DNA of 64,000 nucleotides from Acetatifactor sp. (lineage in GTDB: Bacteria; Bacillota; Clostridia; Lachnospirales; Lachnospiraceae), in the NCBI GenBank assembly GCA_045533725.1, contig JAZSII010000034.1:2005-66004 (forward strand), read 5' to 3'. The position numbers were made by a program, and so were the translations under genes. The notes under the pieces were generated by a model. The model did not search any database, was not told the origin of the DNA, and was given only the letters and a program-made list of their open reading frames with translations. Shown here in pieces: positions 40,310-50,111 of this stretch. How positions within the stretch are numbered: position 1 is the first letter of the stretch; every line of letters starts with the position of its first letter.

Positions 40310-43102
40310 CTAATGGAAGAGGTTCATATTTTCCATTAATCTGCTACGTTTTTTTGCTGTTCGCAGAATTTCACCGGTCGAAACATTACGATACCTTTTA
40401 TTATTTTTTATAAATCTAACAAGTGTAACTGTCCATAACACCGGCCACAGCAAGAAACATTTTCCCGCCTTAGGGAAGTTTAAATGCATCTGATGATGGA
40501 ATTCTCTGACAAAATCTCCCAGCCCTGTTCCGCGTAGCATAACCATACGATTCTCATGGGATTTGCCAAACTCTTCCGCCTCCATAATTTCACGCAAGAA
40601 ATCATCCACAGGCAAATCTGCTGAACACTTCATCCAGAAAATCGATTCCTCTTCCAATCCTAAGTAACGCACGCAGGTCAATGTCACGATATCAGAGAAA
40701 TTCTTTATTCCGCTCTCATCAACAAGCTTTAAATACTTTTCTTTCTGTTCTTCGGTGACTTCTTCTTTCCAAAATACTACCCAATCACACAGAAGTTTCA
40801 AGCCAAACCCCGAACGAAGAAAATGCTGCAACATATGAAGCAAAAGTTCGTAAGCAAAAAAAGCTTTACTCAAAACCGGAAGCTTAACTCCCATAACATC
40901 ACGTTCTTCATATTCACACCTTTGTTCAGATAACAGCTTATCCAAATATACATTCATATTTCGGTTGTCAAAGGGTTCTGCAAGTAAAGTGTGTACTTCG
41001 ATTTCAATACCGCTTCTGGTTTCAAATGTTACATGATGTAGTGCAAGCTGTTCCTCTTTCACCCATAAATTATTTGCAATCAAAACTTCCTTCATTGCGC
41101 TTTCCTGTTTTGGATTCAATAAAAGCAAGTCTATATCCCCGGATTTGCGTAGTTCCGGTATTGGGTAAAAGGAACCTGCCGCCACTCCCTTCAAAACAAC
41201 AGCTTTAATTCCGGCTTCATTTAGTACACCAACAAGATATCTGCTTAATAATAGCAGGTGATATTGCTGTAACACGTTTTTTCTGGCACTGCCTGTAAAT
41301 TGTTTTATTCCTTCTTCCGGAATGGATTGTTGTTGACTTAATGGTTCATATAACAAAGACAATACACTGTGCTTGTCGGCCGTAGTAAGAACTGCATCCC
41401 AATCAACCTTTTTAAAGTTATCAGAATCTTCTTTTACAGACTCTTTTAAACCACTATCCACTGGTTGCAAGCTTTTACTTATTAAAGCAAGCAGATATGA
41501 CTCCTCAACGGAAAGCTTAGATTCCGAAACCGCACTCTCACTTATTTGTTTTCTGCGAAGGACCTCCTTTGCCTTTCTCCACACAAAAGCAAAATCCTTA
41601 CTTCTGCAATACATTACCAAGAATATTACATTGGGAACCACAATGCATATACCCAATTTCAGTATGCATTGCATCAGAACATTACCATGTACTAATGAGC
41701 ATACCAGATGGGTCACATACCACACACCTGCTGTAACAATCACATACCATGCATATTTCAAAAAATAAAACCGGACAGGCGTCTTTAATCTGTGCTTATA
41801 AAGCATATAAGGCTCTACCCACAAAGAGGTTGTAACCGTACTGATTAAGGTACCCAGGAATATTCCGAGCACTCCAAAATGGTAACCTAATATAATGGAT
41901 ATCACCAAATTAATCAATGCTTCAAAAATGGATTTGTATCTGTCGTACCAGAATAATCCAAGCGAATCTCTAAACACCAACGTAGCCTGACGCATTCCTG
42001 TCAAATAGAAATTCACGCATAATACAAAGGTTACAGCTGTACCAAACACATATTGTGAACCAAAACTCAATTCTACAAAGGGTGTCAATACTTCAAACAA
42101 ACAAATGGCCGCAAACCCAAACATCCACTGACCGATGAAAAAAGATGCATCAAAAATTCTTTTAATTCGTTCCTTGCTTTCCTCCACGCCCAGATTTCCA
42201 ACACTGGCCGTAATTCCCTGAAATGCCTGATTCAGAACCTGACGGATAGAGCCAATTACAAGAAAATAATTGGAATAGATTGCCACACTTACGATTCCCA
42301 CCATGGAAGAAATCAGCAAATTATCCGTATTTGTAACAACCACGTTGCCAACCTTATGCATAAGCATGGCTTTAATACTCTGTTTGATGCTTTTCTTCTC
42401 TTCCGCTTCCAAGGGTGCAACATTCTTATCCTTCAAAAATGGGTACATTTTGTTAGCCTTGATGGAAATAGTTAAATTATTCAAAAGCGTACACGAAAGT
42501 AATACTATCACAAATAACATAAAATTATGTGTAGTACACAGAATAACGATTTGAATAATATTTTGCAGCACCAAAAAGAAGGTTTGACATAACACACCAA
42601 TATAACTCAATTGATGTGCATCAATAAGGGTTCTTTTGTAAATCAGCAAGTAGGATACCACTGAATTGGCCAAATAAAAGATATAAAGGAGAACTAGATT
42701 ATCTACTTTCGGTTGATTCTTTATAAGAATATCCATAAAAGGAATAATCAATAAACCAATGATTAATACAACAGCTGCAATCACTCTGTATAAGCGTTTG
42801 TAAAGAAGCATCAGGGACTTCTGCTTTTCTATATCTTTTTCAGAAATCGGTTTATACAAAGCATATGTAATGGCTGTACCGATACCCAGCTCAGAAAGAG
42901 CCAAAACATTCAAAATATCCGTAAACAGACCATTAACACCTACATAATCCTCACTCAATGTATGCGTAAAAACCACTCTGGTAAAAAATCCCATCAGAAT
43001 GGCTATAATACGTGCAAACATGGCTACTGAAGTATTTCTGGCTGAATACTCTGTCCTGCTTTTGGAATCATTATTCAGTTGGTAAGACTGACTAACACTC
43101 AA
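40310..43102 (-). CDS. Wzx/MATE-type flippase fused to NTP_transf_5-like nucleotidyltransferase
   Basis: GLFTDILNVLALSELGIG..LYKP, TDNLLIS flippase; then LKGVAA..YP.PELRKSGDIDLL, IEVH, GLKLLCDW; TTG start 8 nt after GGAGGT preferred over 43189. Confidence 0.85.
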   Translation of the reverse strand: MSVSQSYQLNNDSKSRTEYSARNTSVAMFARIIAILMGFFTRVVFTHTLSEDYVGVNGLFTDILNVLALSELGIGTAITYALYKPISEKDIEKQKSLMLLYKRLYRVIAAVVLIIGLLIIPFMDILIKNQPKVDNLVLLYIFYLANSVVSYLLIYKRTLIDAHQLSYIGVLCQTFFLVLQNIIQIVILCTTHNFMLFVIVLLSCTLLNNLTISIKANKMYPFLKDKNVAPLEAEEKKSIKQSIKAMLMHKVGNVVVTNTDNLLISSMVGIVSVAIYSNYFLVIGSIRQVLNQAFQGITASVGNLGVEESKERIKRIFDASFFIGQWMFGFAAICLFEVLTPFVELSFGSQYVFGTAVTFVLCVNFYLTGMRQATLVFRDSLGLFWYDRYKSIFEALINLVISIILGYHFGVLGIFLGTLISTVTTSLWVEPYMLYKHRLKTPVRFYFLKYAWYVIVTAGVWYVTHLVCSLVHGNVLMQCILKLGICIVVPNVIFLVMYCRSKDFAFVWRKAKEVLRRKQISESAVSESKLSVEESYLLALISKSLQPVDSGLKESVKEDSDNFKKVDWDAVLTTADKHSVLSLLYEPLSQQQSIPEEGIKQFTGSARKNVLQQYHLLLLSRYLVGVLNEAGIKAVVLKGVAAGSFYPIPELRKSGDIDLLLLNPKQESAMKEVLIANNLWVKEEQLALHHVTFETRSGIEIEVHTLLAEPFDNRNMNVYLDKLLSEQRCEYEERDVMGVKLPVLSKAFFAYELLLHMLQHFLRSGFGLKLLCDWVVFWKEEVTEEQKEKYLKLVDESGIKNFSDIVTLTCVRYLGLEEESIFWMKCSADLPVDDFLREIMEAEEFGKSHENRMVMLRGTGLGDFVREFHHQMHLNFPKAGKCFLLWPVLWTVTLVRFIKNNKRYRNVSTGEILRTAKKRSRLMENMNLFH

Positions 43103-44102
43103 ATGCTGATACCTCCGGAAGAATATGTTCAAATGCATTACGTACCATTTATATTGCTTTTTCAAAATCATTAGCGAGATCCGTATCATTGATACATATC
43201 ATTTTTTTCTTGTGCTTTGTAATCGTTTTTACAAGCTTCTCATTCTCTTTTAAGATATTAAAATATTTGAAATACCAATGTAAGTTTGTGGGAACAAAAT
43301 TATCGGATAATTTCTGCCACTCTCTGAAAAGATATGGTGTCAAATCGGTAGTACTTCGAAACCGATTATCAGACATACTTTCCAAGGAAGCCTTTTCCTT
43401 TTTCCATATTTCTTCAAAGGTTTTCTTACAATACGGAGACGGTCCATGTACCGTATAAAAACCGGTATACAAGGGAAATGCAAGCTCCAACAAATTATAA
43501 AAGAAATACATGGGCGGATAACCGATTTTAAAATAATTACCCGGATGCTTTTTAATATTCTCTCTCTTATTAAAATATTTACACAAAACCAGGGAATTGT
43601 TCATATACAAATGAGACATCACCGGGTTGGAAGGATTGGCTACAACCGGCTGAAATGCAAGCATATCACACGGTTTTCCGTTCTTAAAAAAATGACTTTC
43701 TTTCACTTCATCAATCACAAAACAATCATCATTAAAATACACAAAATTCTCACTCAGGTCCTTAATTTTGTGCATATAAATCTCTAGGACGTTACTGTTA
43801 AATGTGGGCAAATATTCTGCCGGGATATAGTCTTCATGACGTACAATATGAAGCTTTGGATGATTCACATTTAACCATTCAGGCAAATGTCCCCAGGTAA
43901 TAAAGTGTATCTTTCTTACCCATGGAGCGTACTTTTCCACACCACGAAACCAATATTTTAACAGATCCATATCACGATAACGGATTTCATCATCATCCGT
44001 TCCGGTATTTGGATTATATGTCTTCTTTTGGGCACGCCACGCCGTGTCATTTCCATCCACCCATGTTATCACAAAATCAATTCCTACATTTTGTTCAGTC
44101 AT
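43092..44102 (-). CDS. Stealth-family hexose-phosphate transferase; in-frame TAA at 43149-43151 removes the last 19 residues
   Basis: IDFVITWVDG (CR1), LPTFNS..IE..YFNDD (CR2), RFRS (CR3), CIND...FEKAI*MVRNAFEHILPEVSAFEC (CR4). Confidence 0.88.
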
Positions 44103-44128
44103 ATTTCTATCCTCATATTATTGGACAA

Positions 44129-45613
44129 TCACTTACTAAAAAATGGTACTTTCCACTCTTCAATAATAATCTGTCCCAATTTGTATCCCTGTTCCTCAAA
44201 TTCCTGTTCATTGGCAAAAATAATCGGCAAACCACTATCCACATCCGTCATAGAAAAATATAAAGTATATTCTCCCGGTGCATATCCGGACATGGAAATC
44301 TCTTCTTTAATCTCTTCAATATATTCAGAATCATTACCACCGGGCAAATGAGACATATCCCAATCCAAGACATAGGAGTATATTTCTCCACTTTGTTCAC
44401 GGACTATTTTAAGCTCCGAGTATACTTCTTTGTATATTGGTGCAAAACCAACATTTTGAAGATTAATACAAAGAGTCAAAACATCCGGAAAATACTTATA
44501 TTCCATAGATACACTATGAATCAAAAGTCGGTACCCTAAATGCCTGTCTATATACGTCAGACCGTTCATTCCGTCATAAACAGAACCATCCCGAATCGTT
44601 GTTTCCGCCCACTTGTCCAATACAGTTTTATCATAGTCATAATTCAAATATGTAATATGCATGGTACGCAAATTATTCAGGGCATTTTCAAAATCATTAT
44701 ACTCGTTATCAACAATAACCTCTCCACCATTTGGAACATATTTACACAGTTCTTCCTGGAAAGTCAATTCCTCTTCTCTGTTCCAATGGCTAAAATTCCC
44801 CATATCTTCTCTACTCGAGGTTCCATAGGTACCATAATCACCATAATTTCCCATCATACCATCATTAAACAACCCAAGCTTATGTGCAATACTTGCATCG
44901 CTCCATTCAGCCTTTGTTGGTGAGACTGTTTCCGTTATTTTACGCCACTGCGCGGGCATTCGTACCGCCATGAAGGTATCTTCGTGCAAAGAAGAACGTA
45001 GTGTTTCGGCCAGAAGTTGCATATTATCTAAATGCACCGTTCCGTTCATTTCTCCCCAGTTTCCGATAAAGATACCCTGATGTACAAAAATTATATCTTT
45101 ATACTCATGCAGAATATCTTCTAACTGCCGCATATGCTGTTGAATTATTTTGGCATCCTGAGGCTCAACCTCTAAATTGTCTCCATGCCAGTCATAAAGA
45201 AAACGAATTAAATATTGCCGCTCCTGTTTCTTCAGCGCACAAAATAACGCCTCAATATCCTGCAACCCTTTTGATGAAATAGCTGTATTAGCATATTCCT
45301 GCAAATTAATCTGCACCATTGCTAAAGAATGTTCCTCAGAACGTTTTAGCTTTTCCGAAACAACTTCATCATAATCCACATCAACATCATCTGAAATACT
45401 AAATCCATAAATATAGTAAAACCCTCTGTTGGGATTCCTTATTTCTTTTGCTGTTTCAGAAAAAGAAACACACTCTTTTACCGCTATGTCCCCATGGTTT
45501 CTTTTGGAAAAATAATATCCGGCATAAAAAGATGAAATAATCGGAGAAATAATTACAATGAGTAATAATATCGATAAAAAAACTTTAATTAAGCATCTTT
45601 TCACCTTGCTCAT
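44129..45613 (-). CDS. DUF4874/DUF4832 putative glycoside hydrolase, N-terminal membrane anchor
   Basis: NPNRGFY, RFLYD, GFIGNWGEM-like motif, GLFNDG, PNGGE, LGYRL, NVGFAP. Confidence 0.75.
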   Translation of the reverse strand: MSKVKRCLIKVFLSILLLIVIISPIISSFYAGYYFSKRNHGDIAVKECVSFSETAKEIRNPNRGFYYIYGFSISDDVDVDYDEVVSEKLKRSEEHSLAMVQINLQEYANTAISSKGLQDIEALFCALKKQERQYLIRFLYDWHGDNLEVEPQDAKIIQQHMRQLEDILHEYKDIIFVHQGIFIGNWGEMNGTVHLDNMQLLAETLRSSLHEDTFMAVRMPAQWRKITETVSPTKAEWSDASIAHKLGLFNDGMMGNYGDYGTYGTSSREDMGNFSHWNREEELTFQEELCKYVPNGGEVIVDNEYNDFENALNNLRTMHITYLNYDYDKTVLDKWAETTIRDGSVYDGMNGLTYIDRHLGYRLLIHSVSMEYKYFPDVLTLCINLQNVGFAPIYKEVYSELKIVREQSGEIYSYVLDWDMSHLPGGNDSEYIEEIKEEISMSGYAPGEYTLYFSMTDVDSGLPIIFANEQEFEEQGYKLGQIIIEEWKVPFFSK

Positions 45614-47994
45614 TCCATCACCAAGTTATATAGTCTCTGCGGATTTTGTTGAATATAGTAGCATACAAAATCATCATCTTCATAATACACTTTAAACTCA
45701 TAGGGATATAAGGCTTTAAATTTCTGGCACCATTCATAAGCTTTAGATTCAACAATCGTTCTACTCTCTAAATTGGAATAGGTCTGTGAAGGGCTTCTAA
45801 AATACTGTATCGACTGTTGCGCAGCTTGCTGCGATATTTGTGAGCAGGCAACATCCGGACAAACACTGTATGCATAGGTATACATATCCTGATATTTCTC
45901 AAGGGCCAACCAATCCGGTCCCGAAAAGAAATGACTGTGTGCATATTTTATGGGTCTCTTTTCCACAAAAATAAATATATATTCTGTAGGAAGCGTATAG
46001 GAAGCTTTAATCTGGGCATTTAGGAATGTCAACAATTCTTCATGTCTACCATCTTGAATAACCTGATATATCTCATCCGTCGTAGATACAATAGTATATG
46101 TATTTTGCGGTAATGAATCCATAATCTCATTTGTAACAGTGACTGCCGCGTTATATCTGGTTAATTCATAATACAAATATCCATGAAAACTTCCCGAAAG
46201 ACATACAAACACTACCAACGCTACAGATACGGCAACAGACCACAAGGCCATGGTGTCCTCTCTAAAATTAGGCATAAATACGGAAAACAACATGTCAAAA
46301 GGCATAATTAAAACCATCAGTATCAGCATTTGCCCTGTTGTACATAAACGAGAACCCGCAATTAATTCCGGCAGTCCGATAAGCGGTGCTGCATATACCA
46401 GCATAAAAAGAAACGAAGCTAATACAATCGGCATATAATTAGGAAATAAATTATTAGATTCAACCGGCTTTTTGAGAATCTTATGCTTTATCAGATATCC
46501 CAGTCTGTATATTACATATAAAATTACAACCAAAAAACTAAATCCTACAATCCATTTAGCTCTGACCGTACCGTACAATGTCACATAACCGTTAGAATAT
46601 ATACCCTTTATTTTTTCTTTTATTGTTGTGCCTAAACTAACTACTTTTTTAGCATTGGTACTATCCGAACTGACTTCGCTACTTTCAATTGAAATATCAG
46701 CCGGCGCATCCGTTGCATTATGTGTATCCACATTTTCAACTTCCGTCTCCGCGACTTCCGTCTCCGTGTTATCAGTAGTTGGTGCTCTGCCGACACCCTT
46801 ATCCGTACCGTTAATGACATTCATAGCCCAACCAATGGAACCCTGAAATGGAATTCCTGATGCCAAGGCCCCACCCATAGGAATAAATGCAATCAACAGC
46901 CCCATAAAAGCAGAAACTACAAGGGGAACAAAGTGTTTTTTATGAAACACACTTCTAAGCTTAAACATTACTATAGCAACACAAACAAAGAATGCCATTA
47001 TGGTCACATAGAAATGAATTGCAATAGACGCTGCCAGCGCCATCATAAACATGAACAGATTTTCATCCCAACAGCCTTTAAACTCAACATCCCTAAATAC
47101 TGTTTTTTTATAACTCTTCAAGTATAAAATCAAATAAAGAGCAATGATATACAATGAATGAAATGCATATTCCTGCGGCAAAGTCCACTGTAATCTGGAC
47201 ATACTGAATACTTCGTCAATACACACAACATCCAAAATGAGGAACAAAATTAAAACAAAAATAGCACTGAAACGCCAATGAAAAATTTCCTTCATTAAGC
47301 AATATGCCGCCAATAAAATAACTGCAACATGTATGCCTGCCAAAAACAGCATGCAGCTATAAACCTCTACTCCCAACAAGGCATGCATGGAGTAAATGAC
47401 ACAATGCATAGCCTCCGGATAGACACCTGCAGAGAATATTTTGCCTTCTATCAGTCCATAAATCCAGGAATGATGCACATACATATCACCAAATCCATAA
47501 GAATAATCCAGAAAAGCACCATATGAAAAATAAAGCATTCCATACATCAAAACAAGTATCAATGTGGTATATTCGATCCAGCGCTTTTTATAAAACTTGG
47601 CAAATTTCTTCCAAGCAGCTTTTACTTCTTTACGAACATTATCCCAACAAATAAGGAAAAACTGCTTCCATCCCAAAGTACCGGTAATCAAAGACTTAAA
47701 TCTCTTTTTTCTCTCTTCCGTCAGACGAAGATTGTCTCGCAATGACCAAATTAATATACCGTAAAAAACAATACACATATTGCGTTTATTTAATAGATGG
47801 AGCAGTCCCATCATTAACACTAAAGTATTGATGATGATTACCTGAACCGTCGCACAAAAACAAAACCGAAATGTAGCATTTTTATCACGTAAATACTTAC
47901 GAAAAACAACCATCGGCCAAATAAACAAGATAAAACCATAGGATAAGAAAACCTTAACATATTCAAATATCCAATAAACCAAATTAGTATCCAT
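45610..47994 (-). CDS. Large polytopic membrane protein, GT-C-like glycosyltransferase candidate
   Basis: More than 12 TM helices; loop with GDMYVHHSW..GVYP; LPQE; soluble C-terminal domain. Confidence 0.55.
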   Translation of the reverse strand: MDTNLVYWIFEYVKVFLSYGFILFIWPMVVFRKYLRDKNATFRFCFCATVQVIIINTLVLMMGLLHLLNKRNMCIVFYGILIWSLRDNLRLTEERKKRFKSLITGTLGWKQFFLICWDNVRKEVKAAWKKFAKFYKKRWIEYTTLILVLMYGMLYFSYGAFLDYSYGFGDMYVHHSWIYGLIEGKIFSAGVYPEAMHCVIYSMHALLGVEVYSCMLFLAGIHVAVILLAAYCLMKEIFHWRFSAIFVLILFLILDVVCIDEVFSMSRLQWTLPQEYAFHSLYIIALYLILYLKSYKKTVFRDVEFKGCWDENLFMFMMALAASIAIHFYVTIMAFFVCVAIVMFKLRSVFHKKHFVPLVVSAFMGLLIAFIPMGGALASGIPFQGSIGWAMNVINGTDKGVGRAPTTDNTETEVAETEVENVDTHNATDAPADISIESSEVSSDSTNAKKVVSLGTTIKEKIKGIYSNGYVTLYGTVRAKWIVGFSFLVVILYVIYRLGYLIKHKILKKPVESNNLFPNYMPIVLASFLFMLVYAAPLIGLPELIAGSRLCTTGQMLILMVLIMPFDMLFSVFMPNFREDTMALWSVAVSVALVVFVCLSGSFHGYLYYELTRYNAAVTVTNEIMDSLPQNTYTIVSTTDEIYQVIQDGRHEELLTFLNAQIKASYTLPTEYIFIFVEKRPIKYAHSHFFSGPDWLALEKYQDMYTYAYSVCPDVACSQISQQAAQQSIQYFRSPSQTYSNLESRTIVESKAYEWCQKFKALYPYEFKVYYEDDDFVCYYIQQNPQRLYNLVME
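46739..46766. repeat. Short direct repeat (13 bp, period 15) inside acidic Ser/Thr linker
   Basis: ACTTCCGTCTCCG twice, encoding ETEV-A-ETEV. Confidence 0.6.
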
Positions 47995-48006
47995 TCATTT
48001 AATCCC

Positions 48007-49350
48007 TTACTTTGTTTCTAAAAACTGTCCCAAAAAAACTCTTCCGCTTCTGTCGGAAGGATTTGCAAAATAAATGATTCTTTCATCTTTTTTGCGAATA
48101 GCAGACAAATAAACATAACAATTCTGTACCTCGATTTCTGTTGATATCGTAGTTACAGTCAAAGGATTCCAGCATCTCATATCAGCAGGAATCTCTTTAC
48201 GATACAATTGATTATTCTCATCTATATACTCCAAATAAACAACTGTCTCCTGATAAATGTTTGCAAAACCAACATTTTCAATATTAATTAACAAGCGGTA
48301 GCTCTTTGATTCATTCTCATTGAGTTGAATCTCTGCATTCCGAACCACAAAGCGGTATCCCAAATGTGCACCTATATAATCATACAAATTTTTATCCGCC
48401 CATACTCCCGGTGCAGAAGAACTCCATGATTTCCAGCGTTCCAGTATCACTCTGTCATAATCTTTATTTAAATATGTGATATGCATTTGTTGTAATGTCT
48501 TAAGTATTTGCGCTTTACTTCCCTCTTGAATAAATTCTTCACCGGATAAAGCCTCTCCGCCGTTTGGGACACGGACACAAAGCTCATTCTCAAACTCCAA
48601 TTCACTATATCTGCTCCATAAAGCATCCCACCCCGATTCGTGTCTCGGCTTGGTCCCGAAGGTTCCTAAGTCAGTCTGGGAACCAAATATAGCATCATCA
48701 AACAAACCCATATTATCACAGCTCAGTGTGGATTTATCGCAACATTCCGGATGCAGCATACGCCAAAAAGCCGGTTTTCGCACAGCAAAAAAGACCTCTG
48801 TGCCCATCTCTTGGCTCATAACCTCCCACAAGGCCTTCATCCTTACAGGCGTAACAAATTTGGAAGTATGCATCTCTCCCCAATTACCTATCAGCATTCC
48901 CTGATAAACAAAAATATGATCCTCATACGCTTTTACTATTGAGGAGATCTGAGACAAGTGCTCTTTTACCTGTTCAAAAAAGAACGGTTCTCTCTCCAAT
49001 GCATAACCTTCATGGTCATAGGTAACCCTTAAAATAATATCAAATTTCTTTTTTACAAAAAAGTCAAGTATTCTGCATATATTATTCAAGGCTTCGTCAG
49101 GAAGTGTTTCTTCCTGAAAAGCACCTATATTAATAATCACAAGTGCCAGAGTATTGTCTGATGAATCGCACCATTTCATTTTATCAAAATCGGGCATTTC
49201 ATGGGCATAAAAAGGAAAAAGCTGAAACCAGCCCCTGGCGGGATTATTTAATGCATTTGCACATTCATAAAAATCCGCTTTTTGAAATATTACTTTTTTC
49301 TTTTTAGGTAATAATTTAGGTAGTACCATCCTCATCAGCAACCCCCACAT
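48007..49350 (-). CDS. DUF4874/DUF4832 putative glycoside hydrolase paralog, no obvious anchor (start uncertain)
   Basis: NPARGWF, RVTYD, GNWGEMH, GLFDD, PNGGE, LGYRF, NVGFAN. Confidence 0.75.
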   Translation of the reverse strand: MWGLLMRMVLPKLLPKKKKVIFQKADFYECANALNNPARGWFQLFPFYAHEMPDFDKMKWCDSSDNTLALVIINIGAFQEETLPDEALNNICRILDFFVKKKFDIILRVTYDHEGYALEREPFFFEQVKEHLSQISSIVKAYEDHIFVYQGMLIGNWGEMHTSKFVTPVRMKALWEVMSQEMGTEVFFAVRKPAFWRMLHPECCDKSTLSCDNMGLFDDAIFGSQTDLGTFGTKPRHESGWDALWSRYSELEFENELCVRVPNGGEALSGEEFIQEGSKAQILKTLQQMHITYLNKDYDRVILERWKSWSSSAPGVWADKNLYDYIGAHLGYRFVVRNAEIQLNENESKSYRLLINIENVGFANIYQETVVYLEYIDENNQLYRKEIPADMRCWNPLTVTTISTEIEVQNCYVYLSAIRKKDERIIYFANPSDRSGRVFLGQFLETK

Positions 49351-50095
49351 CTACCTTGTACAATCTGACACGTATCCAAACAGCGATTATGGAAAATATC
49401 ATACGGAACATATATTTAATCGGCTTCAAGCCCGAATGCATACTGACACCTTCTGTTCTGGCATGCATCACAGCAGGCACTTCTGTTACTCTGAAACCTA
49501 ACATGAGCATTTGCATAATCATATTTGCATCGGGATATTTATCATCAAAATGTCCATATCCTGCATAATATTCTATTGCTCTTTGACTTAACCCCTGCAA
49601 GCCCGTCGTTGGATCCATAATTTTCTTACCGGTACCGAGTTTTATCAAAAAGCGAAACATGGTTATAGCTATTTTCTTAATTTTTGAAATCTTAAACGAA
49701 ACACTACCTTCCAAAAACCTGGAACCCAAAACAATATCCGGCTGCTTACCGTTTTCATCCTGTGATGTCAACGCCTGATAAATAGTTGTTACATTACAGG
49801 CATCATGCTGACCGTCTGCATCCATCTGAATAATATATTTATAACCATTTCGCAGTGCATAATTGTATCCGACCTGAAGTCCGCTTCCGTATCCCAAATT
49901 AAATACATGTGTAACAACTGCATGATTTCTGCTACGGACAATCTCTGCCGTATTATCTTTAGAAGCATCATTCATCACCAACACATCCGCAATACCAGCA
50001 ATTTCCGGTTGTTCCAGTTTATCTAAAAAATCGCCGATATTCTTCGCTTCATTATACGCCGGAATAATTATCAATAATTCTTTTTTCATTTGCAA
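49316..50095 (-). CDS. GT2 polyprenol-phosphate glycosyltransferase (DPM1/GacI-like)
   Basis: IIPAYNE, NDASKD, NLGYG, MDADGQH, GSRF, DPTTG. Confidence 0.88.
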   Translation of the reverse strand: MQMKKELLIIIPAYNEAKNIGDFLDKLEQPEIAGIADVLVMNDASKDNTAEIVRSRNHAVVTHVFNLGYGSGLQVGYNYALRNGYKYIIQMDADGQHDACNVTTIYQALTSQDENGKQPDIVLGSRFLEGSVSFKISKIKKIAITMFRFLIKLGTGKKIMDPTTGLQGLSQRAIEYYAGYGHFDDKYPDANMIMQMLMLGFRVTEVPAVMHARTEGVSMHSGLKPIKYMFRMIFSIIAVWIRVRLYKVDVGVADEDGTT

Positions 50096-50111
50096 CCTTC
50101 TTTCCCGCTTT

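Noticed and set aside
36154-43102. Canonical lasso peptide cluster
   Set aside because: No asparagine-synthetase-like cyclase or transglutaminase-like B2 in the window; candidate core is ~115 aa and the leader lacks Thr at -2.
43103-43189. N-terminal extension of the flippase ORF from 43189
   Set aside because: Overlaps the Stealth CR4 coding sequence; TTG at 43102 has a good GGAGGT RBS.
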